64,000 nt of DNA from Bryobacterales bacterium (GTDB taxonomy: Bacteria; Acidobacteriota; Terriglobia; Bryobacterales; UBA6623): positions 448,001 to 512,000 of the forward strand of contig OY729428.2 in assembly GCA_963422375.2 (NCBI GenBank), written 5' to 3'. Numbering within the stretch: position 1 is the stretch's first letter; each line of letters begins with the position of its first letter. This document shows positions 33,069-42,154 of the stretch, piece after piece. The notes under the pieces were generated by a model that saw only the letters and a program-made list of their open reading frames with translations, ran no database searches and was not told the origin of the DNA. The position numbers were made by a program, and so were the translations under genes.

Positions 33069-34612
33069 GGGGATTATATATCTGAGTGCCGACAACGCCA
33101 TATCCGACTAGAACTGCTGTGAGCAGGGAGGTGGGTGTCGAGCTGGGGTCATTCGAGTGCGGCCGCGGCGGGCACAGAGGGGTGGGGGGGGTGGGATCGT
33201 ATCTGAATCGAGCCTGCCAGCGGATTGGACGAGGAAGGGACTAGAGAGGCCGCCTCGCATGCCCCGGTTGCCCCGGTTGCCCCGGTGAAACCCGGTTGGC
33301 GGTGGCAGGGCACCCCTTGCAAGCCGCTTGCAGGCCCTGCGAGGGCCGAAGACAGCGGCTCCCCGGCGCTCAACGGCCTGCATGGACGGTCCGGACCGGA
33401 CTGGGGTCGCGCCGGGGCATTCCGGATCCGGTGCGCCCCTCGTACCGAGCGTGAAGCGCACCGAGCGTGAAGAGCGCGCCCGCAGCGGGCTGCCGCGCTC
33501 AGCGCGGCGGGCGCCGCTCAGGCCGCGACCGCGGCCTTGCCGGTCAGCTGCCGGCAGGTCAGCGTCCGGCCGACCAAGCCCCGCGCCATGCGCCGCATCC
33601 GTTCCGCCGTGTCGCAGTCGCGGTCGTTGTACCGTCCCGCGAACTCCGTGAGGTAGCGGCCGAGATGACGGACGCTCATCCGGTGATAGGTTCCGTACAG
33701 GCCGCGCTTGAACAGGGACCGAAACGATTCAATGCCGTTCGTATGCGCTGCCCCGCGCACGTACTCGCCGCCGGAGTGCCTGACGGCTTCGTGCGCGAAC
33801 TCCGCCATGCCGGCGTAGGCCGCCGCCTCGTCGGAGCGGAGCTGCGCCCCCGGCGCGACGCGGGCGCGCACGAAGCCCTGCAGGTCGCCCTTGGCGGTGC
33901 CCGGCAGCGGCCGCGCGGCCACTGCGTTCGTGGCGCGGTCCCGCGCCCCCGCCACGGGCGTCTTGCCAACGGGCCCGCGCCCGGCACGGGCCTTCTTCCT
34001 CTCGTGCTTGTTGCGCTCCTTGCCGCCGACGTAGGTCTCGTCCACCTCCACCGGGCCGGCGAACGGGCCCCGATCCCGCTCCCGGCACGCGCGGATGCGG
34101 TGCGCCAGGTGCCAGGCCGACTTCCGGCTGATGCCTAGGTCGCGGTGCAGCTTCATGCTCGAGACGCCCTTGATGCCGGTGGTCAGCAGGAACAGGGCGA
34201 CGGCCCGGGTGCGGTAGCCGAGCTCGGTGTCGGCCATCACGCTGCCGCTGCGCACCGAAAAGCGCTTGCCGCAGCCGCGGCAACGGTACGGCATCGAAGG
34301 GTGGGCCGCGTCGGACTGCACGCTGGAGCCGCGGCAGCGGGGGCACGCGGGACCGTCCGGCCAGCGCACGGAGGCGAACCACTTTTCCGCGGATTCGTCA
34401 TCGGGGAACATGGCGATCACTTCGATCAATGTGATGCCTTTACGGAACCACTTTCCGGGACCTTGTTTCTTCATTTACGGTATCACCTACTGGAACTATT
34501 CTACCAAGAAACACTACAGAATTTCAACGGAAAATCGGAAGAAATATGAAATCTTATAATGGCTTGATAATTTGCCGACTTGATTCCCTCGACACTCAGA
34601 TATATAATTCCC
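33069..34612 (-). mobile_element. IS1595-family insertion sequence, copy 2
   Basis: IRs GGGGATTATATATCTGAGTGCCGA / TCGACACTCAGATATATAATTCCC; 8-bp target duplication TTCCGAAT (33061-33068, 34613-34620). Confidence 0.95.
33518..34474 (-). CDS. IS1595-family transposase (open frame)
   Basis: Zn ribbon, HTH, VEVDETYVGG, SDEAAAY, HTNGIES; several conserved W/Y positions are substituted. Confidence 0.92.
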   Translation of the reverse strand: MKKQGPGKWFRKGITLIEVIAMFPDDESAEKWFASVRWPDGPACPRCRGSSVQSDAAHPSMPYRCRGCGKRFSVRSGSVMADTELGYRTRAVALFLLTTGIKGVSSMKLHRDLGISRKSAWHLAHRIRACRERDRGPFAGPVEVDETYVGGKERNKHERKKARAGRGPVGKTPVAGARDRATNAVAARPLPGTAKGDLQGFVRARVAPGAQLRSDEAAAYAGMAEFAHEAVRHSGGEYVRGAAHTNGIESFRSLFKRGLYGTYHRMSVRHLGRYLTEFAGRYNDRDCDTAERMRRMARGLVGRTLTCRQLTGKAAVAA

Positions 34613-34820
34613 TTCCGAATCGTTCGGCTGTCTACGTCGAATCGAAGCGGCGCAGGGAACACTTTCCCGCGATCCAGGCGTCTCGACTCGCGGCGCGCGG
34701 CGCGGCGAGCGGCCGCCCTGCCCTGGGAAGCGGTCCAGTCGAACGCGTCCCGTTCGACGGCCCGCTGGATGGCCGTACAATCGATCGGGCGGAGGGCACC
34801 GCCCGCCGCACAGCCCCACA

Positions 34821-35717
34821 ATGCAGCTTCCGGACCCCCGCAACGCCGACATTCTCGTTCACGTCAGGGGCAGGCTCGTGCCGCGCGCCGAAGCGAGGGT
34901 GTCGGTATTCGACAGCGCGGTCCAAGGTGGGGACGCCGTCTGGGAGGGCCTCAGGGTCTACCGCCGGCGCCTCATGGACCTAGACCTTCACCTGAACCGC
35001 CTATTCGCATCCGCGCACGCCATGGCATTCGCCGGCATCCCGTCCAGACGCGAGGTGCGCGACGCCCTCTTCGAGACCCTTCGCGCCAACGGCATGACCG
35101 ATGGCACCCATGTCCGGCTGACGCTCACGAGGGGGGAGAAGGTCACCTCGGGCATGAGCCCTCACTGGAACCAGTCGGGATGCACGCTGATCGTGCTGGC
35201 CGAGTGGAAGCCCCTGGTATACGACCAAGACGGCATCCGACTGATCACGTCCTCGGTGCGGCGGAACAGCCCGCAATGCCTAGACTCCAAAATCCACCAC
35301 AACAACCTGATCAACAACATCCTGGCCAAGATCGAGGCGAACCTAGCCGGCGTGGACGACGCGGTCATGCTGGACTTGCATGGCTACGTGTCCGAGACGA
35401 ACGCCACGAACATGTTTCTCGTCCGCGACGGCTCCCTGTTCACGCCGCACGCCGACAGCTGCCTGCCGGGAATCACTCGCGGGACCGTCACCGGCACGGC
35501 CCGGGCGAACGGAATCGAAGTGACGGAGAAGAACCTGTCACTGACCGAGGTCTACACCGCCGACGAGATGTTCACGACCGGAACGATGGGCGGCCTGGCG
35601 CCCGTCCTAGAGGTTGACGGGCGCCAGATCGGAAACGGCCGGAGAGGGCCCGTCACGCTGCGCTTGCAGCAGCTGCACGCGAGCCGCGCGTTCGAGACCG
35701 GCGAGCCTCTCGACTAA
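34821..35717 (+). CDS. PLP-dependent class IV aminotransferase (branched-chain/D-amino acid type)
   Basis: SVFDSAVQGGDAVWEGLRVY, HLNRL, SETNATNMF, CLPGITR, ADEMFTTGT. Confidence 0.92.
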   Translation: MQLPDPRNADILVHVRGRLVPRAEARVSVFDSAVQGGDAVWEGLRVYRRRLMDLDLHLNRLFASAHAMAFAGIPSRREVRDALFETLRANGMTDGTHVRLTLTRGEKVTSGMSPHWNQSGCTLIVLAEWKPLVYDQDGIRLITSSVRRNSPQCLDSKIHHNNLINNILAKIEANLAGVDDAVMLDLHGYVSETNATNMFLVRDGSLFTPHADSCLPGITRGTVTGTARANGIEVTEKNLSLTEVYTADEMFTTGTMGGLAPVLEVDGRQIGNGRRGPVTLRLQQLHASRAFETGEPLD

Positions 35718-35939
35718 ACGCCGCGGCTGCCGGGCAGCGGTCGATCAGCCGCGCCGCTTGACATCAACCAAGAACCGGGCAAGTATACGAATTAGTGCTT
35801 GGCCAAGTCGCGCGACCGGCCAGTCGGCCGGTGCCGACTTGCCGGTTTCGAGCGGGACCGTCACAGGCGGCCCGGGTTCGGTCGAAGCCGGGAGGAGAGC
35901 ATAAGGAAGAACCGATCTAGGCGCACCGCCGAGCGACCG

Positions 35940-38696
35940 GTGCTGCATTTCGCGCTCGTTCCCGACGCGAGTGCGGCGCGGCGCGCCCGGAGGGCGCTCG
36001 CAGCGGCCGGGGCCCGGTCCGGCGTGGTGGTCGGCACGTTGCCGGAGCTGCTCGCGCGGACTCTGGACGCGTACTGCCTACCGCAACCCGACGAGGGGCG
36101 CGAGGAGCTGCTCGCGGTCGAGATCGGCAAGGCTCGCGAAGCCTTCTGGAGGGAGAGCTTCGACGTCGCCCCCGAAGAGACGGTCGCCTCGGTCCGCGCC
36201 GCCCTTATCGACTTGGTCTCCTCCACGGACCCCTGCGGCAGCCTGCCTTCGGACAGGTTCCAGCACCTGCCGGACCGCCTTCGACGCGTTGTCAGGGACC
36301 TATTTCGCCTGGCGGAATCCCTGGACGGTCGTCTGCCGGGCCATTTGGCGTCGATGCACAAGCTACTCCGGGCGGGCTCCACCTCCGTCATCCAGCCGAT
36401 CAGCGTGTATCGCCCCGCGATCTTCACGAAGGCCTTCATCACGAAATGGGAACTCGAGCTGATTTCGGGAATCAACGCTTGCGCGACAGGGGCCGACGGC
36501 ACATTCGACGAGGACCTGCGCAAGTCTCTGGAATGCGGGCTGGGCTGCAGCGACAGGGCCGCCCCGGGCACGGCCCTGCGCACGATGCAGGACCGGCTCT
36601 TCGCGCCCCAGACGATCGAGACCCCCGCTGACGAGACCGTCCAGTGGGTCGGGGTGAGGGACTTCTACCAAGAGGCCGAGATCGCCGCCGGCATGGCACA
36701 GACGCTGCTTGACGGCAACCCGGACCTAGCTCCCTCCGACATCGGGGTCCTCCTCCCGGACGACTCTTGCTACCCGGCCGCGGTGGGAGATGCGTTCCAC
36801 CTCGCCGGCCTTGCGCTGGCAGGCCTGCCCGGCGAGCGCCGTCGGCGCGACCTCGGACGCGAGGCTGTCTTCCATTTTCTGTTCTGCCGCCAGGACCCGG
36901 CACCGGCCATGGCGCTGGCAGCCTGCCTGGCGTCCGCTCTCATGCCGTGGCCTCCCGAGGAGGGCGCGTCGATGGCGCAGCGCGTCATGGACGGGCGCGG
37001 GGACCTGCAGGCACCGAGCGGCGCCGGTCCCGAGCCGCGGGAGATGCTCGAGCTCCTCCAAGGCAGCGACACCGAGCCGTCCTCGCTCGCCTCGTCGGTG
37101 CGGCGCTTCGTCGCGCTGCTCGAGGGCGGGAACGGACTTGCCACGCACAAACGGCGGGGCGTGGAATCCGCCGACCTGATCTGCGAGGCCCTCTCCGGCG
37201 ACAGCGAAATCGACTGGGCCCGCTTGCGCCGGGCGGCGTCCCCGGAATTCATCGCGAACGGCGATTCCCCGTCTTACTCGGTCGAGGGAGTGACCGTCCT
37301 GCGCGAGGGGCACGAGCCTTGGAGGGGGGCCCGGCACCTCTTCGTTCTAGGCTTCTCGCAGGGGCGATACCCCGCGAGCCCGCGTGATTCCGCGGTGTTC
37401 TCCGCCGGTGACATCGACGATATCCGCCGCTGCCTGCACATTTCCCCCTTGAGGCCGGCCAGCGAGCAGGCCTTCCTCCGAGAGCGGTTCCGCAGGCAGC
37501 TTCTTGCGGTCTCGGACTCGGTCACGTTCCTAGTCCCTCGCAGGACGGCAAGCGGAGATCCGCAGCATCCATCGGAGAGCCTGGCATTCATGCGGAGGAT
37601 GTTCTCCCCGCCCGGCAGGGCCGGCGACCTCGTCGCAGAGCTGGAATCGCCCGCCGACCGCCGGAGGATCCGCCATCTGGCAATGGCCCCGGATCGCCGG
37701 CCCACGCCGCCTCGCGAGCTGCGACTCGAGGATCCCAAGCTCGGCCGGAACCTGCTCGCGATCCGCACCGACCCCGAGGGCCGCCCGAAGCCCGAGTCCC
37801 CCAGCGGCCTAGCAACGAGCCTAGTCTCCCCGTTGGCATGGCTGCTGCAGCGCGCCGGGGCCGAGCCGCGCCCGTGGGCACCCGAGTCGGCCGACCCGAG
37901 GGTTCTCGGCACGCTGGCCCACAGCGTGTTCGAACAGCTCTTCAGGCCGGGCGCGGCCCTGCCCGAACGAGACGGAATCGAGTCCCGTGTCAGCCGCCTA
38001 CTGGACAAGGCGGCCCGGCGGCGGGCGCCGTTCATGAGAGGGCCCGAGTGGAGGGTGGAGCGGCACCATCTCGCCGCCCTGGCGACGAAAGCGGCCGGCG
38101 AGTGGCGGGAGGTGCTGGACGGACTCGGAGCGAAGATCCTCGGCAGCGAGGTATGGCTCGAAGGCAAGTGGTCTGGCGTCGGCGTCCATGGGCAGGCCGA
38201 CCTGATCCTAGGGGTGGGCGCGGACAGGCTCCTGGTCGTTGACTACAAGTGGTCTGCCTCGACGGGCCACAGGACTCGCATGGAACTGGGCTACGACGTC
38301 CAAGCGAGCCTCTACCGCGCCATGGCCCGGACTGGAGGCGCGAAGGGGCAGCCGGGCGATCCAGCGGCTCGCGCCCTGGCCGAGCGGCTCGCCGGCGCGG
38401 CGAAGATCGGAATCGTGTACTTCACCATGAGGGACGGGGCGTGCCTAGCCGACGCGCCACCGCCGGGACGCACGCATCTTCCCGGCTGGGAGACGACCGA
38501 GGAAGATCCGGCGCGCCAGGCGAGAGGGATCCTCGCCGAGCGGCTGGCCGACTTCGACGCCGGCATCGTGCGCCTCAACTCGGCGACGGACCGGGCCGAG
38601 TTCGAGAAGGCCGGCATCCGGCCGTACGCGCTGGACTCCAGCCCCATCGTCGGGCTGTTCACGCGGCCAGAGTCACCAGCGGGAGGTGACAGGTGA
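35940..38696 (+). CDS. AddB/RexB-like inactive-helicase plus PD-(D/E)XK nuclease
   Basis: Degenerate helicase motifs (SDIGVLLP, HLFVLGFSQG) without a Walker A. C-terminal GTLAHSVFE...GQADLI...VVDYKWS...QASLY. Start uncertain (ORF open from 35799). Confidence 0.8.
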   Translation: MLHFALVPDASAARRARRALAAAGARSGVVVGTLPELLARTLDAYCLPQPDEGREELLAVEIGKAREAFWRESFDVAPEETVASVRAALIDLVSSTDPCGSLPSDRFQHLPDRLRRVVRDLFRLAESLDGRLPGHLASMHKLLRAGSTSVIQPISVYRPAIFTKAFITKWELELISGINACATGADGTFDEDLRKSLECGLGCSDRAAPGTALRTMQDRLFAPQTIETPADETVQWVGVRDFYQEAEIAAGMAQTLLDGNPDLAPSDIGVLLPDDSCYPAAVGDAFHLAGLALAGLPGERRRRDLGREAVFHFLFCRQDPAPAMALAACLASALMPWPPEEGASMAQRVMDGRGDLQAPSGAGPEPREMLELLQGSDTEPSSLASSVRRFVALLEGGNGLATHKRRGVESADLICEALSGDSEIDWARLRRAASPEFIANGDSPSYSVEGVTVLREGHEPWRGARHLFVLGFSQGRYPASPRDSAVFSAGDIDDIRRCLHISPLRPASEQAFLRERFRRQLLAVSDSVTFLVPRRTASGDPQHPSESLAFMRRMFSPPGRAGDLVAELESPADRRRIRHLAMAPDRRPTPPRELRLEDPKLGRNLLAIRTDPEGRPKPESPSGLATSLVSPLAWLLQRAGAEPRPWAPESADPRVLGTLAHSVFEQLFRPGAALPERDGIESRVSRLLDKAARRRAPFMRGPEWRVERHHLAALATKAAGEWREVLDGLGAKILGSEVWLEGKWSGVGVHGQADLILGVGADRLLVVDYKWSASTGHRTRMELGYDVQASLYRAMARTGGAKGQPGDPAARALAERLAGAAKIGIVYFTMRDGACLADAPPPGRTHLPGWETTEEDPARQARGILAERLADFDAGIVRLNSATDRAEFEKAGIRPYALDSSPIVGLFTRPESPAGGDR

Positions 38697-41600
38697 CGTC
38701 GCTGGACCCGCTAAGCATCGTCCCCGCCGGCGCGGGCACGGGAAAGACCCATACCATTCAGACCCTCCTTGGGGAGTGGATCTCCCTTGGCCGGGTGAGA
38801 CCCGAGCGGATCATGGCGGTCACCTACACGGAGGCGGGAGCGACCGAGTTGCGCGAGCGCATCAGCGCCCACCTTCTGGCCTCCGGGAGGATCGAAGATG
38901 CGCTGCGGCTTCCGCAGGCTTACATCACGACCATTCACGGCCTCGGGCTGCGCCTGCTCACTGAATTCGCGTTCCAAGCCGGTACGTCACCCAAGCCGCG
39001 AGTGCTGAACGACAACGAGAAAAACACCCTAGTCGGAAAGGCGCTGGCGCGAACCGACAAGGCAGACAGCTTGGTCAACGACCTCGCGGGCTACGGCTAC
39101 ACCTTCAACGAGTTCACCGGCAAGAGCAGCGAGCAGGCGTTTCGCGACGGCCTAGTCGGCGCAGTGCATCTGCTGCGGTCCATCGGGGTGACAACCTCGG
39201 ACGCGGTGCGGCGACACTGCGAATCCGCGGCAAGGCGGATCGAGGTCCGCTATCGCGGCGGGCGGTCCGCGACAAACCGCCCGTCGCGCTTGAAGGAGCG
39301 GGTCGACAGCATCCTGCAGGCGTTCCCCAGCTGCCTCGCCGAACCGTACGGCAAGAGCGCCAAGGCGAGGAAGGAGTACCTGAGCGACTTCCGCAATCTC
39401 CGCTTCGCGGCCGTGCCTGGCGCGCTAGACAGAGACTGGAAGACATGGCAGCAGCTGCGGAAGCTGCGCACGACCGACCGGAAGTCCCCGCCGCCGCAAT
39501 ACCTCAGCCTCGCTACCGAGATCAAGGCCGAGGCGGACCGCTTGGTCGACCATCCGGGTCCGTTGCAGCACGCCTGCGGGCACCTCTCGGCGCTGCTCGC
39601 GGCCGGCTTGGACGTTCTCGAGCACTACGACGCCGCGAAGCGCCAAGCGGGCTTGGTGGACTACACCGACATGATCGCCGGAGCCGAGCGCCTTCTGCGC
39701 GAGCACCCCGAAGTCCTCGAGACCCTAGCCAGCAAGATCGACTGCCTGGTGGTCGACGAGTTCCAAGACACGAATCCCCTGCAGTTCGCCCTGCTCTGGC
39801 AGATCAAGGAGGCGGGCGTCCCCATGCTGGTCGTAGGCGACCTCAAGCAGTCGATCATGGAGTTCCAGGGCGCCGACCCGCGCCTGCTCGAGGCTCTGGA
39901 ACGGAACTTCCGGGACAAGGCGCAGCCGCTGACGCGCAACTGGCGGTCGCAGCCCGGTCTCGTGAGATTCGTCAATGCCCTCGGCCCGCTTCTGTTCGGA
40001 ACCGGCTACGTCGCGGTCGAGCCTCAGCGCGAACCGAGCGCGATGACGCCGCTCGAGCTGATTCGCTTCCGCCGAAGGCCGCGACGCGACAAGCACAAGA
40101 CGATGGCCCACTCGGTCGGCCTGCGACTGAAGCAGCTTCTCGATGACCCGAAGCAGGCTGTGGTCGACCGCGAGACCCGGGTCGCGCGCCGTTTGCGCGG
40201 GAGCGACATCGCAGTGCTGTGCCCGACCAAGACGGCGCTAGCCCACTACGCCCAAGTCCTGAGCGGCCTCGGCCTCCGGGTGAACATCCCGACCGGCGGC
40301 TGGCTGGCTTCGAGGCCCGTTCAGATCGCCTGTCACGCGCTCGCGTACGTGGCGAACCCGACCGACCGTCACGCCGCCCTCTATCTGGCGGTGACCGAAC
40401 TCGGCTCTCTCACCCTCGAGCAAGGCCTGACCCACCTGCTGGACTCTGGGCGCGTCGAGGAGCCGCTGCTGCAGAAGCTGGGCTCGCGGGCATCCGGCGT
40501 GCAAGATCGAACGGTCTACGCGCTGGTAGCGGACGTGCTGTCAGCCCTGAACCTGTTCGACAGGGTCGCGCTGTGGCCGGACGGGGAGCAGGCCCGGGCC
40601 AACCTTGTTCGCCTGCTCGGAGAGGCTGAGGAGTTCATGTCCACGAGCCGAGAGGCCTTGGCCGAGGGCGGCTATCACGGCGACGGCCTGCCGACCTTCC
40701 AAGCGTGGCTGGCCGCAAGGGCGGAGGACCACGACGGGCAGCCCGAGGAGAGCGTGCTCGACGAGAACGCGATCGCTATGCGGACCTGGCACGGGTCTAA
40801 GGGCCTAGAGTGGCCCGTGGTCGCGGCCTGCTACATGGACCGCAAGATCGAGGCCAGGCTCCCGCGCCTAGACTTCCAGTACAGGTCGTTCGACAATCTC
40901 TCCGATATTCTCGCAAGCGTGGAGGTCAACTACTGGCCGCTTTTCGACGCGCCGGAGCACAACGAAGGCCAGTTGCGGCAGCTTCGAGGGGACACGGAAA
41001 CCGTAGCCAAGCGCCTGCTCTACGTGGCGCTGACCCGCGCCCGGGACAAGCTCATTCTCGAGTGGCCGGAATTCCTAGCGGGACGCGGCAAGGCCGAGTG
41101 CTACTGGAGGCTGCCCGGCGATCGCTGGTCGCTCGAAGCGGACGGCCGCCATCTGACAGTGAATGGGCTGCGCTGCCCCTGCGAGGTTTTCGAGGGAGGC
41201 TCTGAACTACCCGCCGACTGGGATGCATCCGCCAAGCCCCGCGATTCCGGGCTGCCGGTCGTGGGCAGACTGGCGATCCGGCACGACACGGCACCAACCG
41301 GTCTCACCCCGGACAGCGTGGCGGCATCCTCGCTGGAAGGCCAAGACGAAGCGGCACCGGGCCGGTTCCTGCTTCATTGGCGATACGGGGACGGCCTGGA
41401 CTTGGACGAGGGACTCTCCGGCGCCGACCTCGGAACGTACCTTCACCGATGCTTCGAGGTGCTCGGAAGCAGGCCGGAAGTCGTTGGTCGGCTCGACGAG
41501 GTGACGGGCGTCAAAGTGGCTGCGAGCACGGCGGCCAAGATTGCCCGCGCTGTCGCGCAATTCGAGGCCTGGCTCCGGAGTCAGTTCGCGGTCAAGCGCG

Positions 41601-41926
41601 TCCTACGCGAGTGGCCTCTGCTCGCGCTCGGCCCGAACGGCACGGTCATTTCGGGCACGGCCGATCTGATCGTGGAAACGGAGGACGGGATCTGCCTGCT
41701 GGATCACAAATCGGATCGCGTGGACGACTGGTCCGAGGTCTTCTCCAAGTACGAGGCGCAGCTGGAGACGTACGCTCGGGCGCTCTCGCAGGAGGGGCGG
41801 ACCGTGCTTGGCGTCGGGCTGAACCTGATTCGCAGGGGCGAGGTCGTCTGGAGGGCCGAACCGATCACCCGGGGAATCGCGCCCCGACGTTTCGCTCGGC
41901 CGCGAGCCGCTCGCCGCGGCGGCTGA
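38693..41926 (+). CDS. UvrD/AddA-like SF1 helicase with C-terminal RecB-family nuclease
   Basis: AGAGTGKT, VDEFQDT, VGDLKQSI, NWRS, HGSKGLEW, YVALTRARD; nuclease GTADLI...LDHKSD...QLETY. GTGA overlap with the upstream gene. Confidence 0.92.
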   Translation: MTSLDPLSIVPAGAGTGKTHTIQTLLGEWISLGRVRPERIMAVTYTEAGATELRERISAHLLASGRIEDALRLPQAYITTIHGLGLRLLTEFAFQAGTSPKPRVLNDNEKNTLVGKALARTDKADSLVNDLAGYGYTFNEFTGKSSEQAFRDGLVGAVHLLRSIGVTTSDAVRRHCESAARRIEVRYRGGRSATNRPSRLKERVDSILQAFPSCLAEPYGKSAKARKEYLSDFRNLRFAAVPGALDRDWKTWQQLRKLRTTDRKSPPPQYLSLATEIKAEADRLVDHPGPLQHACGHLSALLAAGLDVLEHYDAAKRQAGLVDYTDMIAGAERLLREHPEVLETLASKIDCLVVDEFQDTNPLQFALLWQIKEAGVPMLVVGDLKQSIMEFQGADPRLLEALERNFRDKAQPLTRNWRSQPGLVRFVNALGPLLFGTGYVAVEPQREPSAMTPLELIRFRRRPRRDKHKTMAHSVGLRLKQLLDDPKQAVVDRETRVARRLRGSDIAVLCPTKTALAHYAQVLSGLGLRVNIPTGGWLASRPVQIACHALAYVANPTDRHAALYLAVTELGSLTLEQGLTHLLDSGRVEEPLLQKLGSRASGVQDRTVYALVADVLSALNLFDRVALWPDGEQARANLVRLLGEAEEFMSTSREALAEGGYHGDGLPTFQAWLAARAEDHDGQPEESVLDENAIAMRTWHGSKGLEWPVVAACYMDRKIEARLPRLDFQYRSFDNLSDILASVEVNYWPLFDAPEHNEGQLRQLRGDTETVAKRLLYVALTRARDKLILEWPEFLAGRGKAECYWRLPGDRWSLEADGRHLTVNGLRCPCEVFEGGSELPADWDASAKPRDSGLPVVGRLAIRHDTAPTGLTPDSVAASSLEGQDEAAPGRFLLHWRYGDGLDLDEGLSGADLGTYLHRCFEVLGSRPEVVGRLDEVTGVKVAASTAAKIARAVAQFEAWLRSQFAVKRVLREWPLLALGPNGTVISGTADLIVETEDGICLLDHKSDRVDDWSEVFSKYEAQLETYARALSQEGRTVLGVGLNLIRRGEVVWRAEPITRGIAPRRFARPRAARRGG

Positions 41927-42154
41927 CTGGATCCGGAGCCGCCTCCGGACGACTCGATCAGGCCCCCTCGCATCGCCGGCACGCTTCAATCCCGCGGCAG
42001 CTCGGCCGCGAGGGCAGTCGAACACCGCCGAGCCGCTCTAGGCGCGATCGCGAGCCCCGGACCTGCCGGGCGGCCGCAGTATGCTTGATTCTGCGTTCCG
42101 CGCTCATCCGTCTCGACGCGCCGCGACATTCCGGACTCCTCCCGAACGAATCGC

